Counted from the first letter of the stretch, positions 25,923 through 35,006 are shown. The stretch is 64,000 nt of DNA from a virus (IMGVR_UViG_3300045988_150026:1-64000); one strand, 5' to 3'. Program-made: numbers and translations. The notes: generated by a model from the letters alone, not told the origin.

Positions 25923-25928
25923 TTTCAT
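25911..25928 (+). repeat. intercistronic motif copy ATGAAA-ATTTAG-TTTCAT, perfect arms
   Basis: Contains the TAG stop of 25701..25922 in its spacer. Confidence 0.6.
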
Positions 25929-25940
25929 TAATTATAATAG

Positions 25941-25971
25941 AAGGAATTAGTTAAATGCTAGTTCCTTTTTT
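25941..25971 (+). terminator. rho-independent terminator
   Basis: AAGGAATTAG pairs with CTAGTTCCTT (one G-U), followed by TTTTTT. Confidence 0.7.
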
Positions 25972-26014
25972 GTTGCAAAAATTTATGAGAATAATATGTT
26001 AGGAGGTTGATTTT

Positions 26015-26845
26015 ATGAACACAAACTTAGCAACAGTAATTCCGTTTTATAAGAAAAAGAATAACGGCTTACATGTAGCAAATTTTGATAAAGCAAATGT
26101 AAAAGATTTTATAAAGAAACCACCAGTGTCAACAAAAATGGAATGCTTAAGATCACGAGACGAAATATTATCTGTATATAAGATTTTGCTTCAGAGAGTA
26201 AAATCTGCACAAACAGAAAATAAAGAAAAGAATGCAATGCGTAATCTAACGATGTATTTATGTGCAATCAATATTGGATTGAGAGGTGGGGACTTCTGTA
26301 AGCTAAAATGGAAAGATGTGTATGACGATAATTGGAACATCAGAAAGCAACAACAGTTTGTTCCAGAAAAAACAACTTACAGAGATAATGAAGGACATGT
26401 TATAAAAAGAAAATATATAACACTAAGATATGACGGAGATTTTCGGTTCGCAATATCAAATTGGAAAAGGTGGTTAGATTCACATAACATGAGTCCAAGT
26501 TTAAATGACTTCTTATTCCCGTCAAACAAACAAGATGCAATATCCGAAAAATCATGGTATGATATTGTGGAAGAAGTAAGAATTGAAGCCGGCATCAAAA
26601 GAAAGATAGGAACGCATGGACTCAGGAAGACGTATGGACATTCCTATTATAAAGCGTCTTCGGACAAAGAAAAGGCACTGATCCAATTAATGCTTATCTT
26701 TGGACATTCCGATATGAGAATTACATTAAGGTATATTTGCATATCAGATGAAGAGATTATGGAAGCACAGGAAAGAATGTGTATTTTTTCAAATGAGTCA
26801 AATTTTTCTGAAGATGTGGAAATAATAACTGGAAACGGAGATTGA
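26015..26845 (+). CDS. tyrosine recombinase / phage integrase
   Basis: 276 aa. GLRGGD (Arg box), HGLRKT (HxxR), GHSDMRITLRY (His...Tyr) catalytic pattern. Confidence 0.85.
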   Translation: MNTNLATVIPFYKKKNNGLHVANFDKANVKDFIKKPPVSTKMECLRSRDEILSVYKILLQRVKSAQTENKEKNAMRNLTMYLCAINIGLRGGDFCKLKWKDVYDDNWNIRKQQQFVPEKTTYRDNEGHVIKRKYITLRYDGDFRFAISNWKRWLDSHNMSPSLNDFLFPSNKQDAISEKSWYDIVEEVRIEAGIKRKIGTHGLRKTYGHSYYKASSDKEKALIQLMLIFGHSDMRITLRYICISDEEIMEAQERMCIFSNESNFSEDVEIITGNGD

Positions 26846-26848
26846 AAA

Positions 26849-27016
26849 ATGGAAGGATTTATGAACGAGCCTGAAAATATAAAATGGAACGATGAAGATA
26901 TTATAAAAGATCTTGGCGTATACAACGACAAAAGGATTGTAGCAAAGAGATATAATATCACGGTGAAAGAAATAACAGAAATCATACGGAGGCACGAGAA
27001 TGTTTCAAAGAGGTGA
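26849..27016 (+). CDS. small HTH-like protein, possible excisionase or recombination directionality factor
   Basis: 55 aa. IVAKRYNITVKEITEIIRRH looks helix-turn-helix. Sits immediately after the integrase. The function is inference only. Confidence 0.35.
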   Translation: MEGFMNEPENIKWNDEDIIKDLGVYNDKRIVAKRYNITVKEITEIIRRHENVSKR

Positions 27017-27278
27017 TGTTGTTTACATTTTGGAAAACAACTTAAGTGTGAAGCAAGCAAAGGTGATGAACAGACAAGGGGATTTATATACGATTCAACT
27101 AATTGGCTCCTGTGGAGCATTCAGGGTTTCAGAAAGCAGATTGTTTGAATCTGAAGATGCAGCCATAAAAAGTAAAAAGATATATGACAGAGTAAATGCG
27201 GACGAGGTTGGATATTTGGATTCTCAGAAAAATCAACATCCAACTTTATATGATTATGATACAGGGAAGAAAAAATAA
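27000..27278 (+). CDS. hypothetical protein
   Basis: 92 aa. CGGAGG RBS. Confidence 0.55.
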   Translation: MFQRGDVVYILENNLSVKQAKVMNRQGDLYTIQLIGSCGAFRVSESRLFESEDAAIKSKKIYDRVNADEVGYLDSQKNQHPTLYDYDTGKKK

Positions 27279-27284
27279 TAAAGC

Positions 27285-27320
27285 AAAGACGATACTTATT
27301 TTGTATCGTCTTTTTTATTT
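27285..27320. terminator. bidirectional terminator between convergent genes
   Basis: AAAGACGATAC pairs with GTATCGTCTTT, flanked by A and T runs. Overlaps the stop of the minus-strand repressor gene. Confidence 0.7.
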
Positions 27321-27619
27321 TCCAGATCTTCAATTGTGTTCTTGATTAATTCAATAAACTCATCAGAGGAGATAAGAGAATTAAGATAAATCTGTGTCTT
27401 TCTGAGATCCACGCCATTAGAAGCATTTTCAAATTTAAATAAATCATTTGGTGTGCAATCTAATATGATACATAATTTTTCAAGAACATCAAAATTAATG
27501 CTATTTGCTGTGCCATTGCATAATTTCAAAACTGTCGGTTTGGATACTCCTAACAGTTTTGCAAGACTTGATTTGGAAATATGCTTGTCTTTTAATGCAT
27601 CGTTTAATAAAAAATCCAT
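27296..27619 (-). CDS. XRE-family CI-like repressor; only credible minus-strand gene
   Basis: 107 aa. HTH ISKSSLAKLLGVSKPTVLKLCNG. AGGAGGA RBS. Divergent from the operator-rich region. Confidence 0.75.
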   Translation of the reverse strand: MDFLLNDALKDKHISKSSLAKLLGVSKPTVLKLCNGTANSINFDVLEKLCIILDCTPNDLFKFENASNGVDLRKTQIYLNSLISSDEFIELIKNTIEDLENKKDDTK

Positions 27620-27678
27620 GAAAGTTATCCTCCTTGTTGTATATGTAAAGGATATAATATATCATATCATAAAATATA

Positions 27679-27748
27679 TTTTACTGGTAGTAAAAAATAA
27701 TTTACCAAAATGTAAAAATAACTTGACTTATGGTAAAAGATATTTTAC
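27679..27748. promoter_or_regulatory. three operator-like inverted repeats sharing TTTAC/GTAAA half-sites
   Basis: TTTTACT-GGT-AGTAAAA (27679-27695), TTTAC-CAAAAT-GTAAA (27701-27716), GTAAAA-GATA-TTTTAC (27733-27748). Confidence 0.6.
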
Positions 27749-27751
27749 AAT
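27723..27751 (+). promoter_or_regulatory. rightward early promoter
   Basis: TTGACT, 17-nt spacer, TACAAT. The third operator lies in the spacer. Confidence 0.6.
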
Positions 27752-27797
27752 AAGAGCATAAAAGGTTAGCAATACATAAGAGAAAGGAGGTATACAT

Positions 27798-28202
27798 ATG
27801 GAAAAAGCAAAAAATTCTTTACATCGGTACGATGTAGTAGAGGCAGAAATAGTTTTACAAGAACCTACTGGTCATAGGCAGAAAAAGAAACGTCCATATG
27901 TAATTGTTGGCAATGAGTTAGGCACAACAACAGCTCCTACAGTGATTGCAATGCCTTTAACTCATGTGATTAAAAGAAAGAATATGCCAGTTCACGGTTG
28001 CATTCAAGCTAGAAGCGAAACTGGTTTGTCTCTATATTCAATGGTATTGGGCGAGCAACCTTGTACCCTAGATAAAGAGCATGAGATTCTTCGAAAGCTT
28101 GGAACAATTGAAAATAAAGAAGAAAGGAATCTTGTAAATCGAGTTTGCTTCAATACAATGTTCTATGGTGAAAATATTGATTGGAAGGAGGTACTGGCAT
28201 GA
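27798..28202 (+). CDS. MazF/PemK-family toxin-like protein
   Basis: 134 aa. YDVVEAEI...KKRPYVIVGNE...VIAMPLTH...MVLGEQPCTLDK fits the PemK/MazF pattern. Confidence 0.65.
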   Translation: MEKAKNSLHRYDVVEAEIVLQEPTGHRQKKKRPYVIVGNELGTTTAPTVIAMPLTHVIKRKNMPVHGCIQARSETGLSLYSMVLGEQPCTLDKEHEILRKLGTIENKEERNLVNRVCFNTMFYGENIDWKEVLA

Positions 28203-28474
28203 AGGTAATAGGAATCACTGTTAGTAAGGAAACGGCAAAGAGAATGATTGACGAAGCTCCTGGAGATACAGTCAAAATTTTTTATATGAACCGTGATAAT
28301 TATGTTCATAAAGAGACAATTACAAAAGAGAAATCAGAGGGGAAACGTCTGGTGGATCTTGCAAAAGACATTTCTTATGATGATATGGAAATGTTTGGGA
28401 TACTGTCGCTTTATGGAGAGATTACAAGCGAACGTGATATTTTGAGGAATATTGCATTCCCCAAAATAGAATAA
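28199..28474 (+). CDS. hypothetical protein translationally coupled to the MazF-like gene, candidate antitoxin
   Basis: 91 aa. ATGA overlap and GGAAGGAGG RBS. No motif recognised. Confidence 0.5.
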   Translation: MKVIGITVSKETAKRMIDEAPGDTVKIFYMNRDNYVHKETITKEKSEGKRLVDLAKDISYDDMEMFGILSLYGEITSERDILRNIAFPKIE

Positions 28475-28483
28475 CAGAACGGA

Positions 28484-28526
28484 TGTTCGTAAAGATATTG
28501 ACACGAACAAATGTTTGGAATATAAT
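28484..28526 (+). promoter_or_regulatory. consensus sigma-A promoter bracketed by an inverted repeat
   Basis: TTGACA (28498-28503), exactly 17 nt, TATAAT (28521-28526). TGTTCGT (28484-28490) and ACGAACA (28503-28509) flank the -35. Confidence 0.7.
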
Positions 28527-28532
28527 TGGTTA

Positions 28533-28866
28533 ATATAAGGGAATAAAAAAAGAAGAAAGTTGATAAGGACGGCAATCCACAACTTTCTTCCCAATACATA
28601 TATCACATAGAGAAGTCGGCAAACTTAACTATGCGACTACATTATTACATAAATGTATAAGCATAGTCAAGTTATTGTTGGTGTTTCTACCAATATTTCC
28701 CTGTAACTACAAACAACAGAATATGGGTCGATTCTTGTTCTATAGACATAGAGCATACATCAAAAACCATTTTATTTTGAAATGAGAATTTCAAGGTCTT
28801 TTTTGTGTACCCTTTTTTACAAACTCATGAGAATAAGTTGGTATCAGGAGAAAGGAGTGATCAATT
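28533..28866 (+). ncRNA. long untranslated leader or candidate ncRNA
   Basis: About 330 nt after the promoter with no convincing ORF. 11-bp perfect hairpin GAAGAAAGTTG/CAACTTTCTTC (28552-28562/28580-28590). TGAAAT-GAGA-ATTTCA hairpin (28778-28793) followed by T runs. Confidence 0.4.
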
Positions 28867-29466
28867 TTGGATTACATGATTTGCAACCACAAAAATGTGT
28901 ACATCAAGCTTTCGCCCAACGGAAGACCAGATACATGTGGCGAAAACGAAAAGGGAGAATTCGAATATTCAAAAGCCAGAAATATTTTGGACAATCTTCC
29001 AAAGACTCTCAAGAAGTTAAATTTTAAAGTAGAGGCAATTCCACAGATAGAAAATAAAGCAACACATAACCTAATAGATAAAGCCGTTATTAAAGATTTA
29101 TCTTCAAATATTACTTGCTGGATAGAAAAATTTGGAACTTGTGAAGACGTGCTGAATGAAGCACAGCAGCGTTATACAGAATTAATTAAAAGGCTTAAGA
29201 ATGTAGACAACGATATTCTCAATATCTTGCATACAATCGAACTAGAGAAGACAAAGGATATGTACAAAGGATGGTTGCTATACAAAGATATTAAAATTAA
29301 TCGAGAAAAGAGAAGAGAAATCAAAGATGAGTTATTGATTATTGAGAATGTAATTTCCGAAATAAATCCAAAATTAGTCTCAAGAGAACGAACAAGAAAA
29401 GCAATCGCTGGGTTATTAGGAAGAAAGTATAAATTTAGAATTGTAGAAGATGAGGAAGAAAGTTAG
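28867..29466 (+). CDS. hypothetical coiled-coil protein
   Basis: 199 aa. TTG start 8 nt after AGGAGTG, or ATG 28876. Confidence 0.55.
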   Translation: MDYMICNHKNVYIKLSPNGRPDTCGENEKGEFEYSKARNILDNLPKTLKKLNFKVEAIPQIENKATHNLIDKAVIKDLSSNITCWIEKFGTCEDVLNEAQQRYTELIKRLKNVDNDILNILHTIELEKTKDMYKGWLLYKDIKINREKRREIKDELLIIENVISEINPKLVSRERTRKAIAGLLGRKYKFRIVEDEEES

Positions 29467-29477
29467 AGGTGGTAACG

Positions 29478-30164
29478 ATGTATTTCACACAACAACAGTA
29501 TGACAGGATGATCATGACGCAAGAAGAAGCTGAAAAGATTGGGGAGAAATATCTGTCAAATAACATGGCAGAACTTAACAGTATTTTAAATGAGTTGATT
29601 AAGAAAAAACGGATGCCTAGGTTTTTTAATGATGATTTAAAAAGTCTTGGGTATTTAGTATTTACTCAGAGCATTGATACATACGATCCAAACCAAACTG
29701 CCTCTTTCAAAACCTATTTATGGGGAAATATTTGGAAAAAATTTTGGACATACTCAAGAGATTTAACAAATCCTATGAGATGTGCAAGAGAAATGCAATG
29801 GAACGAAGATGAAAAACGTTGGGAAGAAACCCCCGTATTTGACATTTCAATATTCGCTAGAATAAATGAGGATGATTCAAAGGAACTTTGGGAAAATTTC
29901 TCGGAAGACGTATCAATCGAAGACGAAGTAATGCAAGACCTTTTTTCAGATAGCTATAATGACTTCTCAAATGAAATGAAAACTTATTTGGATGGTCTTT
30001 CTGGTCTACAAAAAGAAATATTATACATGCTTGCGGATGGCTTTTCGCAAACAGAAATTGAGGATATCTTACATATTAATAAGGATATATACAATGACAG
30101 CACAAGTGCGATTAAAAATAATATAAGAACAAGAGAATTAAGGAGAAAATACAATGTTAAATGA
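29478..30164 (+). CDS. sigma-70-family RNA polymerase sigma factor
   Basis: 228 aa. Region 2-like SLGYLVFTQSIDTYDPNQTASFKTYLWGNIW. Region 4 HTH LSGLQKEILYMLADGFSQTEIEDIL. Confidence 0.6.
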   Translation: MYFTQQQYDRMIMTQEEAEKIGEKYLSNNMAELNSILNELIKKKRMPRFFNDDLKSLGYLVFTQSIDTYDPNQTASFKTYLWGNIWKKFWTYSRDLTNPMRCAREMQWNEDEKRWEETPVFDISIFARINEDDSKELWENFSEDVSIEDEVMQDLFSDSYNDFSNEMKTYLDGLSGLQKEILYMLADGFSQTEIEDILHINKDIYNDSTSAIKNNIRTRELRRKYNVK

Positions 30165-31635
30165 ATACAGATTAGAAACACTAAATATATCACAGTATAT
30201 GGAATCAGTAGAAGACGGTGACATTAAAGTAGATCAGGCAGTACAGCGTGCCTTCTGCTGGAGCAATGAAATGATTAACAATCTAATTTACTCAACAGTT
30301 GCAACGAAGAGAGTGTATATCCCAAATATAATTCTCGCAGAAGAAAACCATGACGATGGAACAACTCAAACTTATGTAGTGGATGGTGGTCAAAGAACAG
30401 AAGCAATCAGACGTTTTATTTTTGACGGATATAAAATTACCAGATCGATTAGAAATCGTTACATTGAATATCAGGATAATAAGATTGATGAAAATGGAAA
30501 AGTAGTTCGTGATGAAAATGGTGACATTGTAAAAGAGATTAAGGTTTTTGACCTCGTAAATAAGACGTATGATGATTTTCCAAAAGAGTTAAAGAAAAGG
30601 ATGGGCAAATGCAAGCTTGCTGCGGCAGTTTATCAGGACTGTACCCCAGAAGAAACTAGTGATCTCGTACTGTTATACAACTCAACTGTGAGCATGTCAC
30701 CGTCACAGAAAGCATTGACATATATTGGTGCTTTCGCTGAAAGAATTAAGAATATTACAACTCATGACTTTTTAATTAATGGGACAACCCTTTCCGAGAC
30801 AGATAAAAAGAAAGGAAACTGGGAGCGAACAATATCCGAGTGTGTTATGGCAGCGAGATATTTTGACGACTGGAAAAAGAACCCAAAAGATATTTGTAAA
30901 TATTTAAACGACAATGCGAAAGAGAAAGATTTTTCTGTGGTTGAAGGGTATTTTGATAAACTTAGTCGGTTTTCTAATAAGCTTCAGAATATGAAGATCG
31001 TAGAACTATTCTCGGCAAAAAATTTGCCAGCATGGATGTTGGTGATGAAAGAATTAGAGAATAAGGAAGTATCAGATAAAACATTTAGAGAATTCTTGTT
31101 GTCATTTGATTCAGCCAAAGGAACAGAAATAGATGGAAGCACGTGGTATGAATTAGAAAATAATAAACATACAAAAGACAAAAAGTTAATTTTAGCAAAA
31201 GCAAATTACATAAACAAACTCCTTTCAGATTACATAAACGGAAATCCTGAAGTTGACGAAGAAAAAAATTTTGAAAAAATAAATTCAGATGATTCTGAAA
31301 TGGAAACCATTGATTTTGTGAAACAGTTCGTTGATCCGGATTGTACAGACGAAGATATTGATGATTATTTTGGATATCTTGAATCATGCATAAAAGATCT
31401 CAGAATTGTGAAGGCTGATTCTCCTGTAGTTGCACCAGAAAATGAAAATGCAATTATCGCAGTTGTTGCTTATGCATATAAACATGATATTGATATGGAT
31501 TTGTGGTTGCAGAGGTATTCAATTAGCCATAAAACTTTCCCAGAAGAAATGTCGCAAGGAGATAGATATAAAACTATGTTACATAGTCTAGTAAATTTTC
31601 TTAAAATGCAAAAGAAAGTGGGTACAAAAGTATGA
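30154..31635 (+). CDS. DUF262 (ParB-like / GmrSD N-terminal-type) domain protein
   Basis: 493 aa. VDQAVQRAFCWS...YVVDGGQRTEAI corresponds to the QR...DGQQR motifs. No HNH or DUF1524 motif seen in the C-terminus. Confidence 0.65.
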   Translation: MLNEYRLETLNISQYMESVEDGDIKVDQAVQRAFCWSNEMINNLIYSTVATKRVYIPNIILAEENHDDGTTQTYVVDGGQRTEAIRRFIFDGYKITRSIRNRYIEYQDNKIDENGKVVRDENGDIVKEIKVFDLVNKTYDDFPKELKKRMGKCKLAAAVYQDCTPEETSDLVLLYNSTVSMSPSQKALTYIGAFAERIKNITTHDFLINGTTLSETDKKKGNWERTISECVMAARYFDDWKKNPKDICKYLNDNAKEKDFSVVEGYFDKLSRFSNKLQNMKIVELFSAKNLPAWMLVMKELENKEVSDKTFREFLLSFDSAKGTEIDGSTWYELENNKHTKDKKLILAKANYINKLLSDYINGNPEVDEEKNFEKINSDDSEMETIDFVKQFVDPDCTDEDIDDYFGYLESCIKDLRIVKADSPVVAPENENAIIAVVAYAYKHDIDMDLWLQRYSISHKTFPEEMSQGDRYKTMLHSLVNFLKMQKKVGTKV

Positions 31636-32264
31636 GTTATTGGACATACATACAAGGAACAATAGTTGTTTCTCCTATGGGAAGAACACAAGCAGAGAAA
31701 ACTTACATATTAAATACTGTGCTTGATCATCTTCCTAATGTTACAGGATCAGAAAGAGACATGCATATTACCTTCATGCAAATGCCAGGAACTAATAGCA
31801 GCTCATCCCGAGATGAATTCGGAATGAGAACGAATAATCTTAGAACAAGATATGGAAATCGGTCGTATGAAAAAGGTTGGTTGGAAGTACAGGATGACTA
31901 CATGATTATTGTAAACGGCAGTCTCAGAGATAGAGAACTTGAAGAAACGTATAGAGAATTCATGAACTGGATCTGTCGGTTAGCAAAGAGAGTGGATGTC
32001 TGGAATGTTCTTGTGAGAATCAAAGGATATGAAAAGGAAAAGGTCATCAATTATAGTGATTCTAACAATCCATTCTTACAGATGTTTGAAGATACTAGCT
32101 GGGTAAAATGTAGAAATGGAGAAGAACATCCTGAACCTAACTGGTGTGAATATCTCATGTGGAATCGAGGTAAGAACACAGATATGCCAGCATTATTAGC
32201 ATATAAGTATTACGAAGATGAAGAAAATGACAAATATGTGGAATCAATTTTGAAAGGAGAATAA
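31632..32264 (+). CDS. hypothetical protein
   Basis: 210 aa. ATGA overlap with the DUF262 gene. Confidence 0.6.
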   Translation: MSYWTYIQGTIVVSPMGRTQAEKTYILNTVLDHLPNVTGSERDMHITFMQMPGTNSSSSRDEFGMRTNNLRTRYGNRSYEKGWLEVQDDYMIIVNGSLRDRELEETYREFMNWICRLAKRVDVWNVLVRIKGYEKEKVINYSDSNNPFLQMFEDTSWVKCRNGEEHPEPNWCEYLMWNRGKNTDMPALLAYKYYEDEENDKYVESILKGE

Positions 32265-32269
32265 AAGAC

Positions 32270-32569
32270 ATGCGGAAATATTTTAATACTCAGTTCGACA
32301 TTGGTGATGCTGTTTGGACAGTAGAGCTTGGAAGTCATTCCGGAAGATATCATGTATGTAAAAGATATGTGGAATATTTCAAGCTGGTCACAGGCGATGT
32401 GCTTTATGGATTTACTTACAATATTGAAGTTTCAAAATGTCAGTGTTTTCATACAGAAGAAATGGCAGAGCATTGTGCTGAAGTTTGGAATAAGAAGTTA
32501 GAAAAGATCGAAGAACAACACAATTCGGAGAATAAAGACTTGGAAGAAAGGAGTGGCTGTTATGCCTGA
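32270..32569 (+). CDS. hypothetical protein
   Basis: 99 aa. GGAGAATAA junction RBS. Confidence 0.6.
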   Translation: MRKYFNTQFDIGDAVWTVELGSHSGRYHVCKRYVEYFKLVTGDVLYGFTYNIEVSKCQCFHTEEMAEHCAEVWNKKLEKIEEQHNSENKDLEERSGCYA

Positions 32570-32786
32570 TATTACAATGTGTTTATGTACAGAATGCAAA
32601 ATGAAAGCTACTTGCTACAGAGCAAGGGCTAATCCAGATTTCTTCTATCAGAGCTATGCGGATTTTACGGAGTTCTGCAAGAGGGAAGAATATAAATACT
32701 ACATAGAAGATCGTAAAAAAGAAACAAGCTGTTGGAGTGTTGTGAAGAAATCGATCTTTCATAAAACGGAAAAGAAGGTGAATTAA
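32562..32786 (+). CDS. Cys-rich hypothetical protein
   Basis: 74 aa. AAGGAG RBS before ATG 32562. Confidence 0.55.
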   Translation: MPDITMCLCTECKMKATCYRARANPDFFYQSYADFTEFCKREEYKYYIEDRKKETSCWSVVKKSIFHKTEKKVN

Positions 32787-32798
32787 TTAAGTGATTGG

Positions 32799-33065
32799 AT
32801 GCTAATTTTATTGATTACATACGCTATGATCAGTCTTTGCTTGTCACTTTGTTGGCTCATTCTCCATGGAGGAGAATTCATTTCTTTTATCAAGAGTTGG
32901 ACGAGTAATAAAAATTGGTTTGGCAAGTTATACATGACACCTATAATTATTTTCTGTCTTCCGGCAATTATTTTGACATTTTTATTTGAAATAATTGTAC
33001 TGATTGTAGCAGAAATTGCTTTACTCGGAATAAAGAAAGAATATAGGAATGATAAAAAAGGGTGA
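32799..33065 (+). CDS. membrane protein, about 3 transmembrane helices
   Basis: 88 aa, strongly hydrophobic. Confidence 0.55.
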   Translation: MLILLITYAMISLCLSLCWLILHGGEFISFIKSWTSNKNWFGKLYMTPIIIFCLPAIILTFLFEIIVLIVAEIALLGIKKEYRNDKKG

Positions 33066-33073
33066 TGAAAACA

Positions 33074-33238
33074 ATGATTCAAACGAAAATTTTACAGGCG
33101 GTGCTGTATGCACTTACAACAATTTTTAGTGTAATATTCATGATTAGAACAAAAGAGAAGGAAAATAAATATATTTGGTTTGGCATGGCTTTATGTTGGA
33201 TCGGAGCATTTATTGGAAAGATTGGAGAAATAATCTAG
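33074..33238 (+). CDS. small membrane protein
   Basis: 54 aa. Two hydrophobic segments. Below the track cutoff. Confidence 0.45.
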   Translation: MIQTKILQAVLYALTTIFSVIFMIRTKEKENKYIWFGMALCWIGAFIGKIGEII

Positions 33239-33304
33239 ATTAAAGCAAGCAAATTAGCCAATTAGAAGAAAGTCACATTTCAAATGAGAAAGGAGAATAA
33301 AATA

Positions 33305-33688
33305 ATGGCAACATTGAAAAATTATTACGCAGTAGCAGAAACAGTACAGAGATACGGAGGTAGGTATTATTACGCAATTTACAATGATGGTAATACATAT
33401 ACAGTAGGAGATAAGGTGATTGTGTCTGGAGCTTGTGATGATGTTCTTGAGATTACTAATATTCTTACACCAGAAGAAATTTCAAGAAATATCACAGCCG
33501 AAGGAATCTGTAAAGTCGATACGTCAGCTTATGATGCCCGTGTTCAGAGACGTAAAAAAGCAGATAAGCTTAAGAAAGAAATGGACAAAATGATCAAGGC
33601 AATGGATGAATCTAAGAAATACGAAATGTATGCAGAAGAGAGCCCTGCTTTAGCGGAGAAGCTGAATGAATATAAGACACTTGTGTAA
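33305..33688 (+). CDS. hypothetical protein
   Basis: 127 aa. GGAGAATAA RBS before ATG 33305. Confidence 0.6.
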   Translation: MATLKNYYAVAETVQRYGGRYYYAIYNDGNTYTVGDKVIVSGACDDVLEITNILTPEEISRNITAEGICKVDTSAYDARVQRRKKADKLKKEMDKMIKAMDESKKYEMYAEESPALAEKLNEYKTLV

Positions 33689-33702
33689 GGAGAATATTAT
33701 AT

Positions 33703-34647
33703 ATGAAGTATAAAGTTGGAGATAAAGTTAGAGTCAGAAGCGATTTGACAGAAGGTAAAGAATATGGTGGAGTTTTTGTTATTTCGGATATGTCTGAATT
33801 GCGTGGAAAAATAGTAACCATTGCACGAATATTATATGATGATTGTACGCCTTTAAAGTCGTGCTATACAATTAAAGAAATGGAATGTTGTTGGACAGAT
33901 GACATGTTTGAACCTGTGCCTTATGATGGCATAATGGATGCTATTAGATATAGTGAAGATATACAGAAAATGATCGATGATATGCATAAATTCTTTTTTC
34001 ATAGCGTAATTAAAGATTTGACAAATGAGATAAAAGGAGAGGGCAAAAATAAAATGAACGACAAGAAGACGAATAATAAGAAAAAGAAGATGACACAGAG
34101 AGAAAGACTTGAAATGAAACTTGAAGAGTGTAGAAATAAATCTATTGTACATTCAGTGGAAGTTGTCGTGCCAGACAAAGTTGTAAAGGTTGCAATTGAA
34201 AGATGGTATGAATTGGAAGAATATAAACTTGTATGTGATCCACAGGACACATTTAGTGTTGAAAGAGCTGTAATCCTTGCTTTAGTAAAAAACGATAATT
34301 CAGATCTTACGGCTGAAGGTATTGAGCATGAAGCTGATCAGTTTAAATTCTACAAGAGTAAGATGGAAGTTCTTAAAAATGCAATGAAAGTATATAAAGC
34401 ACAGCTTGCCATTAAAGAATATGATGAAAAAGAAAAAGTCGAGAGGGAAAGAATCCGAGAGAATAAGAAAAAAAATAAAATTGCTCAGAAGAAGAGAAGA
34501 GCTGAAAGACTTGCGGAAGAAAAACTGAAAGAAACAAAGGAAGCAGCGAAGATTTATGCTGAAGCACTGAAATCAGCTTTGTGTGGTTATGAAATTTCAG
34601 AAGATACGGTTGAGAACATGGCAAAAGATATGAATATAAGAGTGTAA
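33703..34647 (+). CDS. hypothetical protein with K/E-rich coiled-coil C-terminus
   Basis: 314 aa. AAGGAGAA RBS. Confidence 0.65.
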   Translation: MKYKVGDKVRVRSDLTEGKEYGGVFVISDMSELRGKIVTIARILYDDCTPLKSCYTIKEMECCWTDDMFEPVPYDGIMDAIRYSEDIQKMIDDMHKFFFHSVIKDLTNEIKGEGKNKMNDKKTNNKKKKMTQRERLEMKLEECRNKSIVHSVEVVVPDKVVKVAIERWYELEEYKLVCDPQDTFSVERAVILALVKNDNSDLTAEGIEHEADQFKFYKSKMEVLKNAMKVYKAQLAIKEYDEKEKVERERIRENKKKNKIAQKKRRAERLAEEKLKETKEAAKIYAEALKSALCGYEISEDTVENMAKDMNIRV

Positions 34648-34654
34648 GTGGTAG

Positions 34655-34696
34655 CAGGTGCGTAGAGAATAAGTAATATACAACTCTGCGCACCTG
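34655..34696 (+). terminator. GC-rich hairpin, probable terminator
   Basis: CAGGTGCGTAGAG pairs with CTCTGCGCACCTG (one mismatch). Weak T tail. Confidence 0.5.
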
Positions 34697-34748
34697 TGTA
34701 AAAATGGATGTATTAATTATAGCATGTATTACAGCAGAAAGGAAGTAG

Positions 34749-35006
34749 GTGATTACTATAGAATTCGTTTATGTTTTGATTATTTTGGCATATATTTGTG
34801 TCATTATGATTAGCTTCGTGGACTTTATGAATTGTAATTTCACATACTTTAGTTATAAGGCAAATTATGAAAGATGGAATAAACTAAATTGGTTTGGCAT
34901 CGTATTTATAACTTCTGTGATTTGTATTTTGTTCTTTCCGTTGTCGATCGGATATGGTATTTGCAGATTTATTCGTTGGGTTTTCACGGTTGGAAGGAAA
35001 GATTAA
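34749..35006 (+). CDS. membrane protein
   Basis: 85 aa. GTG start after AAAGGAAG. Two hydrophobic segments. Confidence 0.5.
   Translation: MITIEFVYVLIILAYICVIMISFVDFMNCNFTYFSYKANYERWNKLNWFGIVFITSVICILFFPLSIGYGICRFIRWVFTVGRKD

Noticed and set aside
28782-29027. Track ORF 28782..29027 (81 aa) in the long leader region.
   Set aside because: It overlaps 28867..29466 in another frame, has no RBS, and gives a basic low-complexity translation.
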